A stretch of 64,000 bases of DNA from positions 2,880,001 to 2,944,000 of the forward strand of contig OZ241744.1 in the NCBI GenBank assembly GCA_965200965.1. Direction: 5' to 3'. Positions 31,369 to 41,563 of the stretch are shown here, in pieces; within the stretch, counting starts at the first letter, position 1, and every line of letters starts with the position of its first letter. The notes beneath the pieces were generated by a model. That model ran no database searches and was not told the DNA's origin. It saw only the letters and a program-made list of their open reading frames with translations. A program made the position numbers and the translations under genes. The DNA comes from an uncultured Candidatus Binatia bacterium (GTDB lineage Bacteria > Desulfobacterota > Binatia > Bin18).

Positions 31369-32976
31369 TCAGGGGTCAATCAGGACGCCGGGATTCAGCA
31401 GGCCCTTGGGGTCGAGTGACTGCTTGGCAGACCGCAGGGCGGTGGCGAAGAGTTCTGGACGCTGGCGGTCGTACTGGGGCCGATGGATACGCCCGACCGA
31501 GTGGTGGTGGGTGACTGTGCCGCCGTATTTGACTACGGCGTCCGCGGCCGCGGTCTTGAGTTCCTGCCACTGCTGGATGGCATCGGCGTGGCTGCCGAGG
31601 GCGGTAAAGGTGTAGTACGGGGCCGGGCCGTCTGGATAGACATGGGTGAAGCGGCACGACAGCAAGCCACCGCCGCACACTTCGTCAAGGGCGTTCTGGA
31701 TATCGGCCTGTACCCCGGCGTGAAACGCGGCAAAATCCTGCCACGGAATGGCACTCTCGACCGTATCGAAAATCGCCCCCATCGCCGCTGTCGTGCCCAT
31801 CTGATACGGCATCCGCAGAAAGGCATCGCGCCAGTCGCCGACCGAGCCGGCACGCCCGGCTGTCTGTCCGCCGCCTCGAATGACCGGACCGTGGAGGGTG
31901 GTCCCGCCGTAGTCGGCGCAGCACTCCAGGGCACGCGTGATCCAGCTTTCCAACGCGTGGTCGGCCGATTCAAAGCCCAGCATCAGCATCGCCCCCGGGC
32001 GGTCGCTGACCTTGTTGCGGGTGACCTCGGCCGGGTCAAGCAGCCGGCAGTTGGCCGGGTAGAGTCCGGCCTGGCTGAGCGCCTGCACCGCGGCCACGCC
32101 GGACTCGAACTGCTCAAAATGCACGCCGGCAGAGGCGCGGTAGACGGGCCGGTCCTGAAGACGCATCCACGCCTCGGTGATAATGCCCAGAATCCCTTCT
32201 GAGCCGATAAACATACGGTCCGGGCTTGGGCCGGCCCCGGAGCCAGGCAGCCGCCGCGATTCGAGCGTGCCGCGCGGCGTCACCACCCGCAGGGATTCGA
32301 CAAAGTCGTCAATATGGGTGTACAGGGTGGCAAAGTGGCCGCCTGAGCGGGTCGCGATCCAGCCGCCGAGGCTGGAAAACTCGAACGACTGCGGATAGTG
32401 GCGCAGGGTATAGCCGTGCGGCCGCAGCTGGTTCTCGAGCGCCGGTCCATAGACACCAGCCTGGATGCGGGCGGCCCGGGAACTGGTGTCGATGTCCAGC
32501 ACCCTGTTGAGGTGCCGCAGGTCTATCGAGACGCTGGCCGGGCAGGTATCGCTGGGCGGCGGCTCAACCCCACCGGCGACGCTTGACCCTCCGCCGAATG
32601 GAATCGCGGCCGCTCCGACCTGATAACACCAGTCAAGGACCGCAACAAGGTCGCGCTCAGTTGTGGGGAAGGCGACAACATCGGGCGGGTTGGGAAACTC
32701 GGCGCGGACGGCCCGCAACAGATCTGGGCAGGCTTTTCCGTAGGAGTGGGCCGCCCGGTCGTAGGGTGTGGCGGAACATATGGCCTGCAAAGAAGCCGGC
32801 GGTGTGATGCGCGGCCGGCGGAGTTCCAGGTCTTCGACCCTGGGCAGGGGACGCAGATCGATATCTGTTTTGCCCAGACTGGTGGCCAGGGCCTTGGCAA
32901 TGGCGTGCTGCTGGTCCGGCGTTGGCTGCTCATCCTCATAGCCCCAGCCCCAAATTGCTGTACGACGGTGTGACAT
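31369..32976 (-). CDS. FAD-binding oxidoreductase (alkyl-DHAP synthase-like)
   Basis: WGWG, PFGGGSSV, HYPQSFEFSSLGGW, GSEGILGII, THHHSVG, NPG motifs. Confidence 0.92.
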   Translation of the reverse strand: MSHRRTAIWGWGYEDEQPTPDQQHAIAKALATSLGKTDIDLRPLPRVEDLELRRPRITPPASLQAICSATPYDRAAHSYGKACPDLLRAVRAEFPNPPDVVAFPTTERDLVAVLDWCYQVGAAAIPFGGGSSVAGGVEPPPSDTCPASVSIDLRHLNRVLDIDTSSRAARIQAGVYGPALENQLRPHGYTLRHYPQSFEFSSLGGWIATRSGGHFATLYTHIDDFVESLRVVTPRGTLESRRLPGSGAGPSPDRMFIGSEGILGIITEAWMRLQDRPVYRASAGVHFEQFESGVAAVQALSQAGLYPANCRLLDPAEVTRNKVSDRPGAMLMLGFESADHALESWITRALECCADYGGTTLHGPVIRGGGQTAGRAGSVGDWRDAFLRMPYQMGTTAAMGAIFDTVESAIPWQDFAAFHAGVQADIQNALDEVCGGGLLSCRFTHVYPDGPAPYYTFTALGSHADAIQQWQELKTAAADAVVKYGGTVTHHHSVGRIHRPQYDRQRPELFATALRSAKQSLDPKGLLNPGVLIDP

Positions 32977-34618
32977 AGCTGGATTCCTCTTGTTCGGCCT
33001 GGTAGCGCCCAAACGGCGGGGTATCAATGGTTGTTTGCATCTCGATCAGGTGCATGTCGCCATGACGGAGCGCTTGTTCCAGGGCCTCGGCCAGACCCTC
33101 GGGCGAGGTGACTCGGCTGGCGGCTACGCCAAAGGCCCTGGCAAAGGCCAGAAAATCCGGGTTGGTCAAGCGGGCCTGGTACTCCTCTCGATAGGCCACT
33201 CGTTGCAAATAGCCGATCACTCCATAGGCGTTGTCATTGACCACAATCAGCGGAAAGCCGATCTGATGCTGCACACAGGTGGCGAGCTCCTGGGCGGTGT
33301 ATAACAAGCCACCGTCACCAATGATGGCGACGACCGGTTTGTCGGGACAGGCGAGCTTGACGCCGACTGCGGCTGGAAAGCTGAAGCCTAAGAGTCCCGA
33401 GCCCTTGGCTCCGACCAGGCCGTTTGGTCGATAGGAGGGGTAAAAATACTCGGCCCAGTAGGCGAGCTGCGTGTTGTCAATAACCAGCGCGCTGTCCCGA
33501 ACCAGGCCCTGGCGGATCGTTTTGAGATAGCGCACGGCGGGCAGATCGCTTTCGAGTCGGGCTTGGGCCTCATCCGCCTGTTGCCGCCAGGCTTTGACCC
33601 GTTCCTGGCGGGGACCGGTGTATGGCTCGCCTTCCAATTGGCCGCTGAGCGCACGCGCAATTGCCGGCACATCGCCAATCAGCGGAAGCGGAGTCGGGTA
33701 ATTTCTGCCGATCCAGCGTTCGTCCCAGTCCACATGAATGAGTTGCTCGGGCAGCGTCAGCCCGCGACGCTTGGCATCGACCTCCCGCAGCCGGGTTCCA
33801 ATCGCCAGGGCCACATCGCAGTGCGGTATTACCTCGTGGACGGCCAGTCGGCGGGCGGCGTTGCCCAGAGACAGGGGGTGATCTTCGGCAATCACCCCTT
33901 TGCCCGGGGTGCTGGTCAGCACCGGGGCGCACAAGGCTTGCGCGAGCGCGGTCACCTCGGCCGCCAGCCCGGCGCGGACCGCGTCGGTGCCGGCCAGCAG
34001 GACCGGCTGTCTGGCCCGGCGCAGGAGGGCAACGGCTTCGTCAAGCTGGCATGGCAGTGGCGGGGGCGTTGGGGGGTCGGGAGCGGCTGGCGACACGGCC
34101 GCGTGGGTCGCTTCGCCGGCCAGGATATCGGTCGGGATTTCTACACATACCGGGCCGGGCCGGCCGCTGGTGGCGAGTTGAATCGCCTGTGTCGTGAGCG
34201 CCCGTAGATCATCCCCGACGCGGGGCGTAAAGGTCGCTTTGGTGATGGTGCGGAACAGCGCGGTTTGTTCCTCGAGTTCGTGCAGGCTGCCCAAACCCTG
34301 GCCGATCTTGGCGGCGTCGATATTTGTCGTCAGCATCAGGACCGGCGAACAACTGCCCCAGGCTTCCTGTAGTGCCGAAATGGTAAAACCGGCCCCCGGC
34401 CCGGTGGATGAAATAAGAACGCCAAGACCCTTGAGTCGCGCATAGCCGTCGGCCATATGGGTCGCCCCGGCCTCGTGCCGGCAGACGATATGCCGGATGG
34501 ACGGCTGGCGACGCAGGGCGTCATAGAGCGCGATATTGTGAATGCTGGGGATGCCGAAGATGGTATCGACCCCGGCGTCTTTCAGCGCCCCGACAACCCC
34601 GTCTGCTCCGCGTGGCAC
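32936..34618 (-). CDS. Thiamine pyrophosphate-binding protein (acetolactate synthase-like)
   Basis: FGIPS.HN, RHEAGA.HMADGYAR, GDGG...NDNAYG motifs; start GTG 34618. Confidence 0.92.
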   Translation of the reverse strand: MPRGADGVVGALKDAGVDTIFGIPSIHNIALYDALRRQPSIRHIVCRHEAGATHMADGYARLKGLGVLISSTGPGAGFTISALQEAWGSCSPVLMLTTNIDAAKIGQGLGSLHELEEQTALFRTITKATFTPRVGDDLRALTTQAIQLATSGRPGPVCVEIPTDILAGEATHAAVSPAAPDPPTPPPLPCQLDEAVALLRRARQPVLLAGTDAVRAGLAAEVTALAQALCAPVLTSTPGKGVIAEDHPLSLGNAARRLAVHEVIPHCDVALAIGTRLREVDAKRRGLTLPEQLIHVDWDERWIGRNYPTPLPLIGDVPAIARALSGQLEGEPYTGPRQERVKAWRQQADEAQARLESDLPAVRYLKTIRQGLVRDSALVIDNTQLAYWAEYFYPSYRPNGLVGAKGSGLLGFSFPAAVGVKLACPDKPVVAIIGDGGLLYTAQELATCVQHQIGFPLIVVNDNAYGVIGYLQRVAYREEYQARLTNPDFLAFARAFGVAASRVTSPEGLAEALEQALRHGDMHLIEMQTTIDTPPFGRYQAEQEESSYVTPSYSNLGLGL

Positions 34619-34727
34619 ATCCGCTCCCTTCTCCTTGCCCGCCAGACCATAGCACACCGACCCGGCCCGGCAAAGCCGGCCGCTTGATCTTGACAGAAAG
34701 CACACCTGCGGAGCATATTGACCCGCG

Positions 34728-34825
34728 GTGAGCGATTGTGACTGGGACGAGGAGAAGAATGCGTTTCTCAAGAGTGTCCGAGGGGTCGGCTTTGAAGATG
34801 TCATCTTTCATATTCAGAACGGGGC
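34728..34825 (+). pseudogene. BrnT-like toxin N-terminal remnant
   Basis: DWDEEKNAFLKSVRGVGFEDVIFHIQNG, then similarity is lost. Confidence 0.65.
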
Positions 34826-35192
34826 AGCCGCTTTTGCTCTGCTTCGTTCTTGCTCCGTTCACTCCTGGATTGAGCCTGCTCGGTTTCTTCTTTGTGGATG
34901 TTATCTACTATCCCCACCACCATCGTGGGCCCGGAACGATGTCTGATATGCCATTGCACCCAGCTACGAAAACCGGAGAAAAGATCAAACTGAATACGCC
35001 TCATGTCACCTTCCTTACCAAGTCCTTGCTGGTCGCATCCCGGCCAGTATTGCGCTCACTCCCTGGTCTGGCGGTCCCACCGTCTCCAATGTCTTGAACG
35101 AAGTCGCCGGCTTGCCCTTTGCCCCGTGCCGCTCTATGGTAGGCCGCAGCTGGGGGAGAGCGAGCCGAAGACCACACACAGGAGGAAATCGT

Positions 35193-35480
35193 ATGCCGCT
35201 GTATCTCGATGAAATCTACTGGAATCCAGATCGCACCAACGAGGTGAAGGCGATGTTCAAGGGCGTACTCGACGGGACAACGGGGTTTCCCGAAGGGGTC
35301 AGCCTCAAAGCCGGTCCGTGGGCTTCCAACGAAGAGCCGAAAATGGTTCTCGTCCTTGACATCAAGGACCACGCCAAGACCTTTGAGACCTTTCAGGGAC
35401 TTGTAGCCAAGGGCGTGATTGCCAAGCGCCGGCTGACCCCGATTGTTGAATGGGCGTCAATGGATGGGGTGTCGGGCTGA
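35193..35480 (+). CDS. Small ferredoxin-like hypothetical protein (DUF3303-like)
   Basis: AGGAGG RBS; PEGVSLKAGPW ... LTPIV pattern. Confidence 0.65.
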   Translation: MPLYLDEIYWNPDRTNEVKAMFKGVLDGTTGFPEGVSLKAGPWASNEEPKMVLVLDIKDHAKTFETFQGLVAKGVIAKRRLTPIVEWASMDGVSG

Positions 35481-35507
35481 CCCGTTTGTCTTTGCTTATC
35501 TGATGCC

Positions 35508-36062
35508 ATGCCGCTCTCTCCCAGCCCGCTTGCCGTGACCGTGTACTGCTCCTCAAGTCGGCAGCTGTCCGCGGTGTACACCGCCCAAGCCGACGTATTG
35601 GGGCGGCTGATCGCCCGGCGTGGTTACACCCTGGTGTACGGCGGCGGCAATATCGGCCTGATGGGCGCGTTGTCCAGCGCTGCGCTGGCCGAGGGCGGTC
35701 GGGTCAAGGGGGTGATTCTCAAAGACTTCCTTGACCGGGGTTACGCCCAGGGCGGCCACGAGATGCGCGTTGTCACCGACATGCGCGCCCGCAAACAGGG
35801 CCTGGAAGAGTTGGGCGATGCTTATATTGTTCTGCCCGGAGGCTTCGGTACGGTTGAAGAAGTCTCCGAGATCATGGCCTTAAAGCAGTTGGGCTTTCAT
35901 GCCAAGCCGGTCGTTTTTGTGAACATCAATCACTTCTTCACCCCGCTGCTGACCTTCTTTGACCGGGCTTTTGCAGAGGCGTTCATCCACGAACGGTTCC
36001 GCGGGGTGTACGGCGTGGTGGATACCCCCCAGGCCGCTCTCGAGCTGATCGAAACAGCCTGA
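35508..36062 (+). CDS. LOG family (TIGR00730) nucleotide phosphoribohydrolase
   Basis: VYCSSS, LVYGGGNIGLMG, MRARK, PGGFGTVEE motifs. Confidence 0.92.
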   Translation: MPLSPSPLAVTVYCSSSRQLSAVYTAQADVLGRLIARRGYTLVYGGGNIGLMGALSSAALAEGGRVKGVILKDFLDRGYAQGGHEMRVVTDMRARKQGLEELGDAYIVLPGGFGTVEEVSEIMALKQLGFHAKPVVFVNINHFFTPLLTFFDRAFAEAFIHERFRGVYGVVDTPQAALELIETA

Positions 36063-36159
36063 GCAGGTGGCTTGTCACCACCGGGTCAGGAGGAGAGGAC
36101 GCACTGCTCCGGCATGAAGATGAATCGTCGGTGTCGGGGTTTTGCAATCAGAGGTTTTT

Positions 36160-37131
36160 ATGCCAATCCCTGCTTTTGCCTCACGCGCGTGCCACACGGC
36201 TGGCCGGCTCCGCCGGGTGCGCATTGAGCGCGTGCAGATCAACCTGGGCAAACGCTGTAACCAGGCGTGCCGGCACTGTCACGTTGACGCCGGTCCCAAG
36301 CGGACCGAGATCATGGACCGCTCAATGATCGACCTGGCGCTTGACCTGGTTCGCGCGGCCGGTGCCCACACGGTCGATATGACGGGCGGCGCACCAGAAC
36401 TCAACCCGTCTTTTCGGTATGCCGTGAAAACCCTGCGTAGCGCCGGCCGTCAGGTCATTGACCGCTGTAATCTCACCGTCCTGTTCGAGCCTGGGCAAGA
36501 AGACCTGGCCGAGTTTCTCGCCCTGATGGGGGTAGAGATCATCGCCAGCCTGCCGTGTTACTCTGAGGAGAACGTCACTAGGCAGCGCGGTCAGGGGGTG
36601 TACGACAAGTCAATGCAAGCCCTGCGGACCCTCAACGCCCTGGGCTACGGTCAAGACGGCTCGGGGCTGACCCTGAATCTTGTCTACAACCCGGTCGGGC
36701 CTCAGCTGCCCCCCTCGCAACAGCAGTTGGAAGCAGACTACAAGCGTGAGCTGGGGGCGCGCTTCGGTCTGGTGTTCAACCATCTGTACACCCTCACGAA
36801 TATGCCGATTGCCCGCTTTGCCCACAGCCTGGAGCGTGAGGGTCAGTTCGACGCCTATATGCAGCTGCTGGCCGATGCCTTCAACCCGGCCACGCTGGAG
36901 GGCCTGATGTGTCGCTCTCAGGTGAGTGTGTCCTGGGACGGCTTTGTGTACGACTGCGACTTCAACCAGATGCTGAACCTCACCCTTGGCCACACTGTGC
37001 CTCTGCGCTTGGGAGATCAGCCGACCGACAGACTCGTCCGGGCGCTGGAACAGCGCGCCATTGCAGTCGGCTCGCACTGTTACGGCTGTACGGCAGGCGC
37101 GGGGAGTTCGTGCGGTGGTGCTCTGTCCTAG
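36160..37131 (+). CDS. arsS: Radical SAM/Cys-rich protein, ArsS family
   Basis: QINLGKRCNQACRHCHVDAGP, TGGAPELN, IDRCNLT, LMCR, YDCDFNQM, HCYGCTAGAGSSCGG. Confidence 0.88.
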   Translation: MPIPAFASRACHTAGRLRRVRIERVQINLGKRCNQACRHCHVDAGPKRTEIMDRSMIDLALDLVRAAGAHTVDMTGGAPELNPSFRYAVKTLRSAGRQVIDRCNLTVLFEPGQEDLAEFLALMGVEIIASLPCYSEENVTRQRGQGVYDKSMQALRTLNALGYGQDGSGLTLNLVYNPVGPQLPPSQQQLEADYKRELGARFGLVFNHLYTLTNMPIARFAHSLEREGQFDAYMQLLADAFNPATLEGLMCRSQVSVSWDGFVYDCDFNQMLNLTLGHTVPLRLGDQPTDRLVRALEQRAIAVGSHCYGCTAGAGSSCGGALS

Positions 37132-37155
37132 GGCTTTGAGACAAAGGAGACGACG

Positions 37156-38217
37156 ATGGATTTCGGGGTGATCTTTCTCTCCCACGTTGACAGCTACAAG
37201 GACGTGGCGCTGGCCGAACGCCAGGGCTTCAGCCACGCCTGGTTTGGCGACTCGCAGATGGTGTGGGCCGATGTCTACCAGTGCATGGCCCTGTGTGCGG
37301 CCAACACAACGACGATCAAACTGGGCACCAACGTCACCAATCCCAGCTCGCGCATTGCTCCGGTCACGGCCGGGAGTTTTGCCACCCTCAACGCACTTGC
37401 CCCGGGCCGGGTCATTCTGGGCATCGGCACCGGCAACACCTCGAGGCGGACACTCGGAATGCCGGCGGCCAGGCGTGCCGAGCTACGCAGCCATATTGAG
37501 GTGTGCCGCGGCCTGCTGAGTGGAGCGACCGTCCCCTATCAGGAGGGCGAGCGGCGGCGTATGATCCGCTTCCTCAATCCCGACGACGGGTTCATCAACC
37601 TGAGCGATCCCATCCCGGTCTATGTGGCCGGCAGTGGACCCAAGACGCTGGAGTTGGCCGGAGAAATCGGCGATGGGGTGATCCTGTTTGGGACGGTTGG
37701 CGACAGTCTGCTCAAATACACCCTGAGCCATGTCCGGCGCGGAGCCGAACGGGCCGGCAAGCGGCTGGAGGACTTGTACATCCTGGTCCTCACCGCCCTG
37801 CACTTTACCACACCCGGAGAGAGCCTCGCCGACCTCCAGCGGGCGGTAGGGCCGCTCGTCGTCTCAGAGTGCAACATCTTTGCCCTGTCGGTGAGCGATC
37901 CCTATCAACTGCCGGGTGACATTCGTGACGAGTTGATGGGCTTTCGAGACGCCTACCGCACGCCGACCGCTCCAATCGAGACCCGCCACCTCGAGCTGTA
38001 CACCGGCTATTGTGCCGAGTTCAAACCCGAGCACACGCCGCTGGTGACAGAGCGGATGATCAAGGAGACCACCCTGACCGGGACACCCGAGGAGATTCGG
38101 GAGCGCATCCGCACCATGCAAGCGTTGGGCGTGAAGCAGGTAGCGGTGGCGGCCCAAGTCCCCGAGATGACTGCCTTTGCCACCCACGTCATGCACTATT
38201 CCGCCTGGCCCGGCTGA
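37156..38217 (+). CDS. LLM-class flavin-dependent oxidoreductase
   Basis: AERQGFSHAWFGDSQ, APGRVILGIGTG, YVAGSGPKTLELAGEIGDG. Confidence 0.9.
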   Translation: MDFGVIFLSHVDSYKDVALAERQGFSHAWFGDSQMVWADVYQCMALCAANTTTIKLGTNVTNPSSRIAPVTAGSFATLNALAPGRVILGIGTGNTSRRTLGMPAARRAELRSHIEVCRGLLSGATVPYQEGERRRMIRFLNPDDGFINLSDPIPVYVAGSGPKTLELAGEIGDGVILFGTVGDSLLKYTLSHVRRGAERAGKRLEDLYILVLTALHFTTPGESLADLQRAVGPLVVSECNIFALSVSDPYQLPGDIRDELMGFRDAYRTPTAPIETRHLELYTGYCAEFKPEHTPLVTERMIKETTLTGTPEEIRERIRTMQALGVKQVAVAAQVPEMTAFATHVMHYSAWPG

Positions 38218-38243
38218 GGCAAGGCGGATTATGTGTCCGGCCT

Positions 38244-38743
38244 TCACCTGACCCCATCAATAACGAAGTTCTGTGAACTTTCCTGCCAGCGGATAGAGGT
38301 TTCTCGGCCAACCCGGGGGAAGTCCGGCAACGTATAGGAACCTTGGAGGCCACGGACAAACTCCCCAAGCCCAAGCGTAGATACCGTAAACCGTGAAGAC
38401 CTGGTGAGGACCCCGTCTACATATAAGCGGATGGTATGCCCGCCGGTCCCAAACAGGTTCCAGTTGATGAGCAGTCCAAAGCCGTTGTTTGTATCTCCAC
38501 ACACCGCCCGGGTATCACCCCGAGGCGTTCCATACGCCATCCGCATCCTTGGATGAGTATCGACTTGCACCTCTACCGTCCTGGCAGAACAGACCCAGCC
38601 TGAGATGACCCCTATCCCGCTCTTGTCGGATTCCAGTAAACTGGCCGTCCATTATCGGTTCTCGAGCGTACAAACGCCGCACTGACCCCGACCGTTGCAA
38701 TCAGGATGCACCCGACTCCCGCCATCAGGAGGCACCTAGTCAT
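38244..38743 (-). pseudogene. Internally deleted secreted protein (signal peptide plus C-terminal SGIGVISGWVC beta domain)
   Basis: MTRCLLMAGVGCILIATVGVSAAFVRSRTDNGRPVYWN joined out of frame near 38630 to KSGIGVISGWVC...NWNLFGTGGHT...WQESSQNF. Confidence 0.7.
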
Positions 38744-39329
38744 GGGCCGCCTCCTGTTCAACGGCTGCCGCAAAGTCGTCCAGGGTCATGGGCGATGCGG
38801 CCGCTTGGCGCAATGCCTGAACCGACGGGCCGGCGTGCAGGAACTCGCCCTCACTGCCGGGCAGGCTGGTCAGGGGCTGCATGTCGTGCGTGTACACGGT
38901 TTCCGTGTCACTGGCCGGGTCCGGGACAACCCGGAACACGCCCTGCCACAGGCCCACGAAGGGAATGGCATAGTGGTGGTTGCCAGTAACAAACAGGATC
39001 GACCGCTCGCCGAGGGAAAAGGCGGGGACCCCGGCTATCTGGAGTGAGGTTCCGTCCGGTGCTGGGCCGCCCAACAAGCGGATGGTCAGGGTGGGGTGGC
39101 TGTGGCTTCCTTTGAGCACGTCCAGGTCCGTGAAGGTCACCAGGGTATACGGGGTTTCTGTGGCCTCGTTCCACGCCGCTTCAATAGCCTGCGCCGTGCC
39201 CACGACTACCAGGGCGGCCTCGTGGACCAGGGCGGGAAATGCGGTCGACAACACCGTCGTTGCGTGAGCACTTGTGGCGAATGGGGAAAGCAGGGCCCAT
39301 GCTCCTATGCAGATTCTCAGCAGTTTCAT
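38736..39329 (-). CDS. Secreted hypothetical protein (type often preceding matrixin-like metalloproteases)
   Basis: Signal peptide ending AHA-TT, LV..A.LVVVG, LLGG....G..L.I.G.P.F..GER.ILF, VGL.QG.F. Confidence 0.75.
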   Translation of the reverse strand: MKLLRICIGAWALLSPFATSAHATTVLSTAFPALVHEAALVVVGTAQAIEAAWNEATETPYTLVTFTDLDVLKGSHSHPTLTIRLLGGPAPDGTSLQIAGVPAFSLGERSILFVTGNHHYAIPFVGLWQGVFRVVPDPASDTETVYTHDMQPLTSLPGSEGEFLHAGPSVQALRQAAASPMTLDDFAAAVEQEAAHD

Positions 39330-39703
39330 CCCGTCACACCTTCCTCTCCTGAGACAGTGCCGGTGTTCTCCGGCACCGGGAAATCCGGAATCTTCCCTGT
39401 CATGGCGTACCGCTCCATTCCCAGCCTCATCATTGTAGGGTGCAATCACACGCTTGCACGCACGGCGACCGACACGGCGGTGTGCCGGGCCATTGCAAAC
39501 ATCTCTTTTGGGAAAGGGATAGTCCCCGCCTGTTCACCCAGGCTCAGGGAGCTACCCTTCGCCGGGCTCTGAGGCTGTTCTATTCAGCGGGTAGCCCGAC
39601 GTGAGTCGGGATTCCCAAAAGAATGTTTGCGGGTGGGATAATACGACGGAGGAAGGGGGGTGAGTCAAGTTTTGGGACGGAACGGCTCTGGAGGCGGACG
39701 AAA

Positions 39704-41563
39704 TCACAATTTCGACTCCCGCCCTCCCCGATAGAAGAACACCAGGGTACACACCACCGCCCCCAGGGTCAGCAGGGTCAGCAGCCCATCGGGCAGCCCG
39801 AGCGACAGCCGGGCAACCCCGATACTCGCCAGCAGGGCCAGCCCAACCCCCATCAGGGCCTCACCGGCAATAGCCCCGGAAGCCAGGAGCACGCCGGGCT
39901 GGACTTGAGGTGACTGCCCGGCGGTCCTGCTGCTGAGCAAGAAGGCCACAATCCCGCCGAGCAGGATCGGGACCGACAGGCCGAACGGCAGATACATGCC
40001 GACAGCGATGGGCATCAGGTGGGCACGAAACGGTGTGCCCCGCAACAACCGGTCTATGAGCAGAATACAGACGCCGAGGCCCGCGCCGAGGCCGACCAGC
40101 GACCACGGCAGCTGGCCGTTGCCAAAAAAGCCACGGACCAGGCTGGCAAACAGTTGCGCTTGCGGAGCGGCCAGCTCTTTGCCGCCAATGCCGCCCGGGG
40201 TGTGGTCGTGCAGGAGTTGTAACACCGGGACCATGACCAGCGCGGCAACCGCCACCCCGGCAATCTGCATGACTTGCTGACGCCACGGTGTCGCCCCCAC
40301 CAGTTGACCCGTCTTCAGGTCATTACACACGTCACCGGCCGTACACGCCGTGCAACACACAATCGCCGCTACGCCCAGGGTGGCCACCATGCCGGTCGGG
40401 CCGCTGAAGCCAAACAGCAACAGCAGCCCGCCGGTACACAGCACCGCGGTAATCGTCATGCCCGAAACCGGGCTGTTCGAGTTGCCGACCAGCCCCACAA
40501 TATAGCTCGCCACCGCGGTGAAGAAGAAGGCCATGACCAGCATAATCAGCGTGGTCAGCAGGCTGACGCCGGGCCGCTGGGTCAGGACGGCGTACAGCCC
40601 GCCGATGAGTGCGACACACCCGAGGCTGAGGGTGATGATCGTGCCAAAGGAAAGGTCGCGGGCTGTCGCCGCAGGGGCCGCGTCCGTCCGAGCGGTCTGT
40701 CCGTCGGTCCCGAACAGCACATGCACGGCCTGGACAAGCCCGTGTCGAACCTGGACGATGGCCGCCAGGCCACCGACCACCATCGCTCCCACACCGATAT
40801 AGCGGACCTGACTTGACCAGATCGCATACGCGCCCTCAAGCGGATTGTTGAGCAGCGGTGGCGACGCGCCCAGCAGCGGCAGGATCACCAGCCAGCCGAG
40901 GGCACCGCCCAGGAAGATGAGCAGGGCGATATTGAGTTGGACAATCATTCCAACGCCCAGCAGGGCGACCGAAATATCCCCCCCCAGATAGAAAATCCGG
41001 TGTCCCAGCACGACCGCCCCTTCCAGACTGCCTTTGAGCAGTCCGACAAAGCCGATCAGCAGTTTGCACCCAAAGCCGAACACCGCCCCGTGCAGGACCG
41101 CCCGGGCGTCGGCCGCGCCGGCGTGGGTCTGCTGCCCGGCTCGCAGGACGGCCGCACAGGCCACGCCTTCGGGAAACGTCAGGGTCGGGTTGGGGGGCAC
41201 GACAAAGACGCGCCGGAGCGGAATCATCAGCAGCACGCCCAACAGTCCGCCGCTCAAGGCGATCAGCGTCGTGAGGACAAGGTCAAAGCGCTGCCACACC
41301 CCGATAAGGACCAGGGCGGGTATGGTAAAGATAATACCGGCGGCCAGCGACTCACCGGCTGAGGCGGCCGTTTGGGCTTGGTTGGCTTCGAGAATCGTCC
41401 CGCCGCGCATCACGATCCGCAGGAGCAGCATGGCCAAGACCGCAGCCGGAATGGAAGCTGAGACGGTCATGCCGACTTTCAGCCCCAGGTACACATTGGC
41501 CGCGCCCATGACGCCCGATAAGACCAGGCCGAGGAGGACGGTCCGGGGGGTCAGTTCAGACAT
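39704..41563 (-). CDS. OPT family oligopeptide transporter
   Basis: YLGLKVGMTVSASIPAA, SAGES, FPEG, NSPVSG, APQA, ASG.IAGE motifs. Confidence 0.94.
   Translation of the reverse strand: MSELTPRTVLLGLVLSGVMGAANVYLGLKVGMTVSASIPAAVLAMLLLRIVMRGGTILEANQAQTAASAGESLAAGIIFTIPALVLIGVWQRFDLVLTTLIALSGGLLGVLLMIPLRRVFVVPPNPTLTFPEGVACAAVLRAGQQTHAGAADARAVLHGAVFGFGCKLLIGFVGLLKGSLEGAVVLGHRIFYLGGDISVALLGVGMIVQLNIALLIFLGGALGWLVILPLLGASPPLLNNPLEGAYAIWSSQVRYIGVGAMVVGGLAAIVQVRHGLVQAVHVLFGTDGQTARTDAAPAATARDLSFGTIITLSLGCVALIGGLYAVLTQRPGVSLLTTLIMLVMAFFFTAVASYIVGLVGNSNSPVSGMTITAVLCTGGLLLLFGFSGPTGMVATLGVAAIVCCTACTAGDVCNDLKTGQLVGATPWRQQVMQIAGVAVAALVMVPVLQLLHDHTPGGIGGKELAAPQAQLFASLVRGFFGNGQLPWSLVGLGAGLGVCILLIDRLLRGTPFRAHLMPIAVGMYLPFGLSVPILLGGIVAFLLSSRTAGQSPQVQPGVLLASGAIAGEALMGVGLALLASIGVARLSLGLPDGLLTLLTLGAVVCTLVFFYRGGRESKL

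Noticed and set aside
37105-37131. Selenocysteine recoding in the ArsS C-terminus
   Set aside because: The codon is TGC (Cys); no in-frame TGA.
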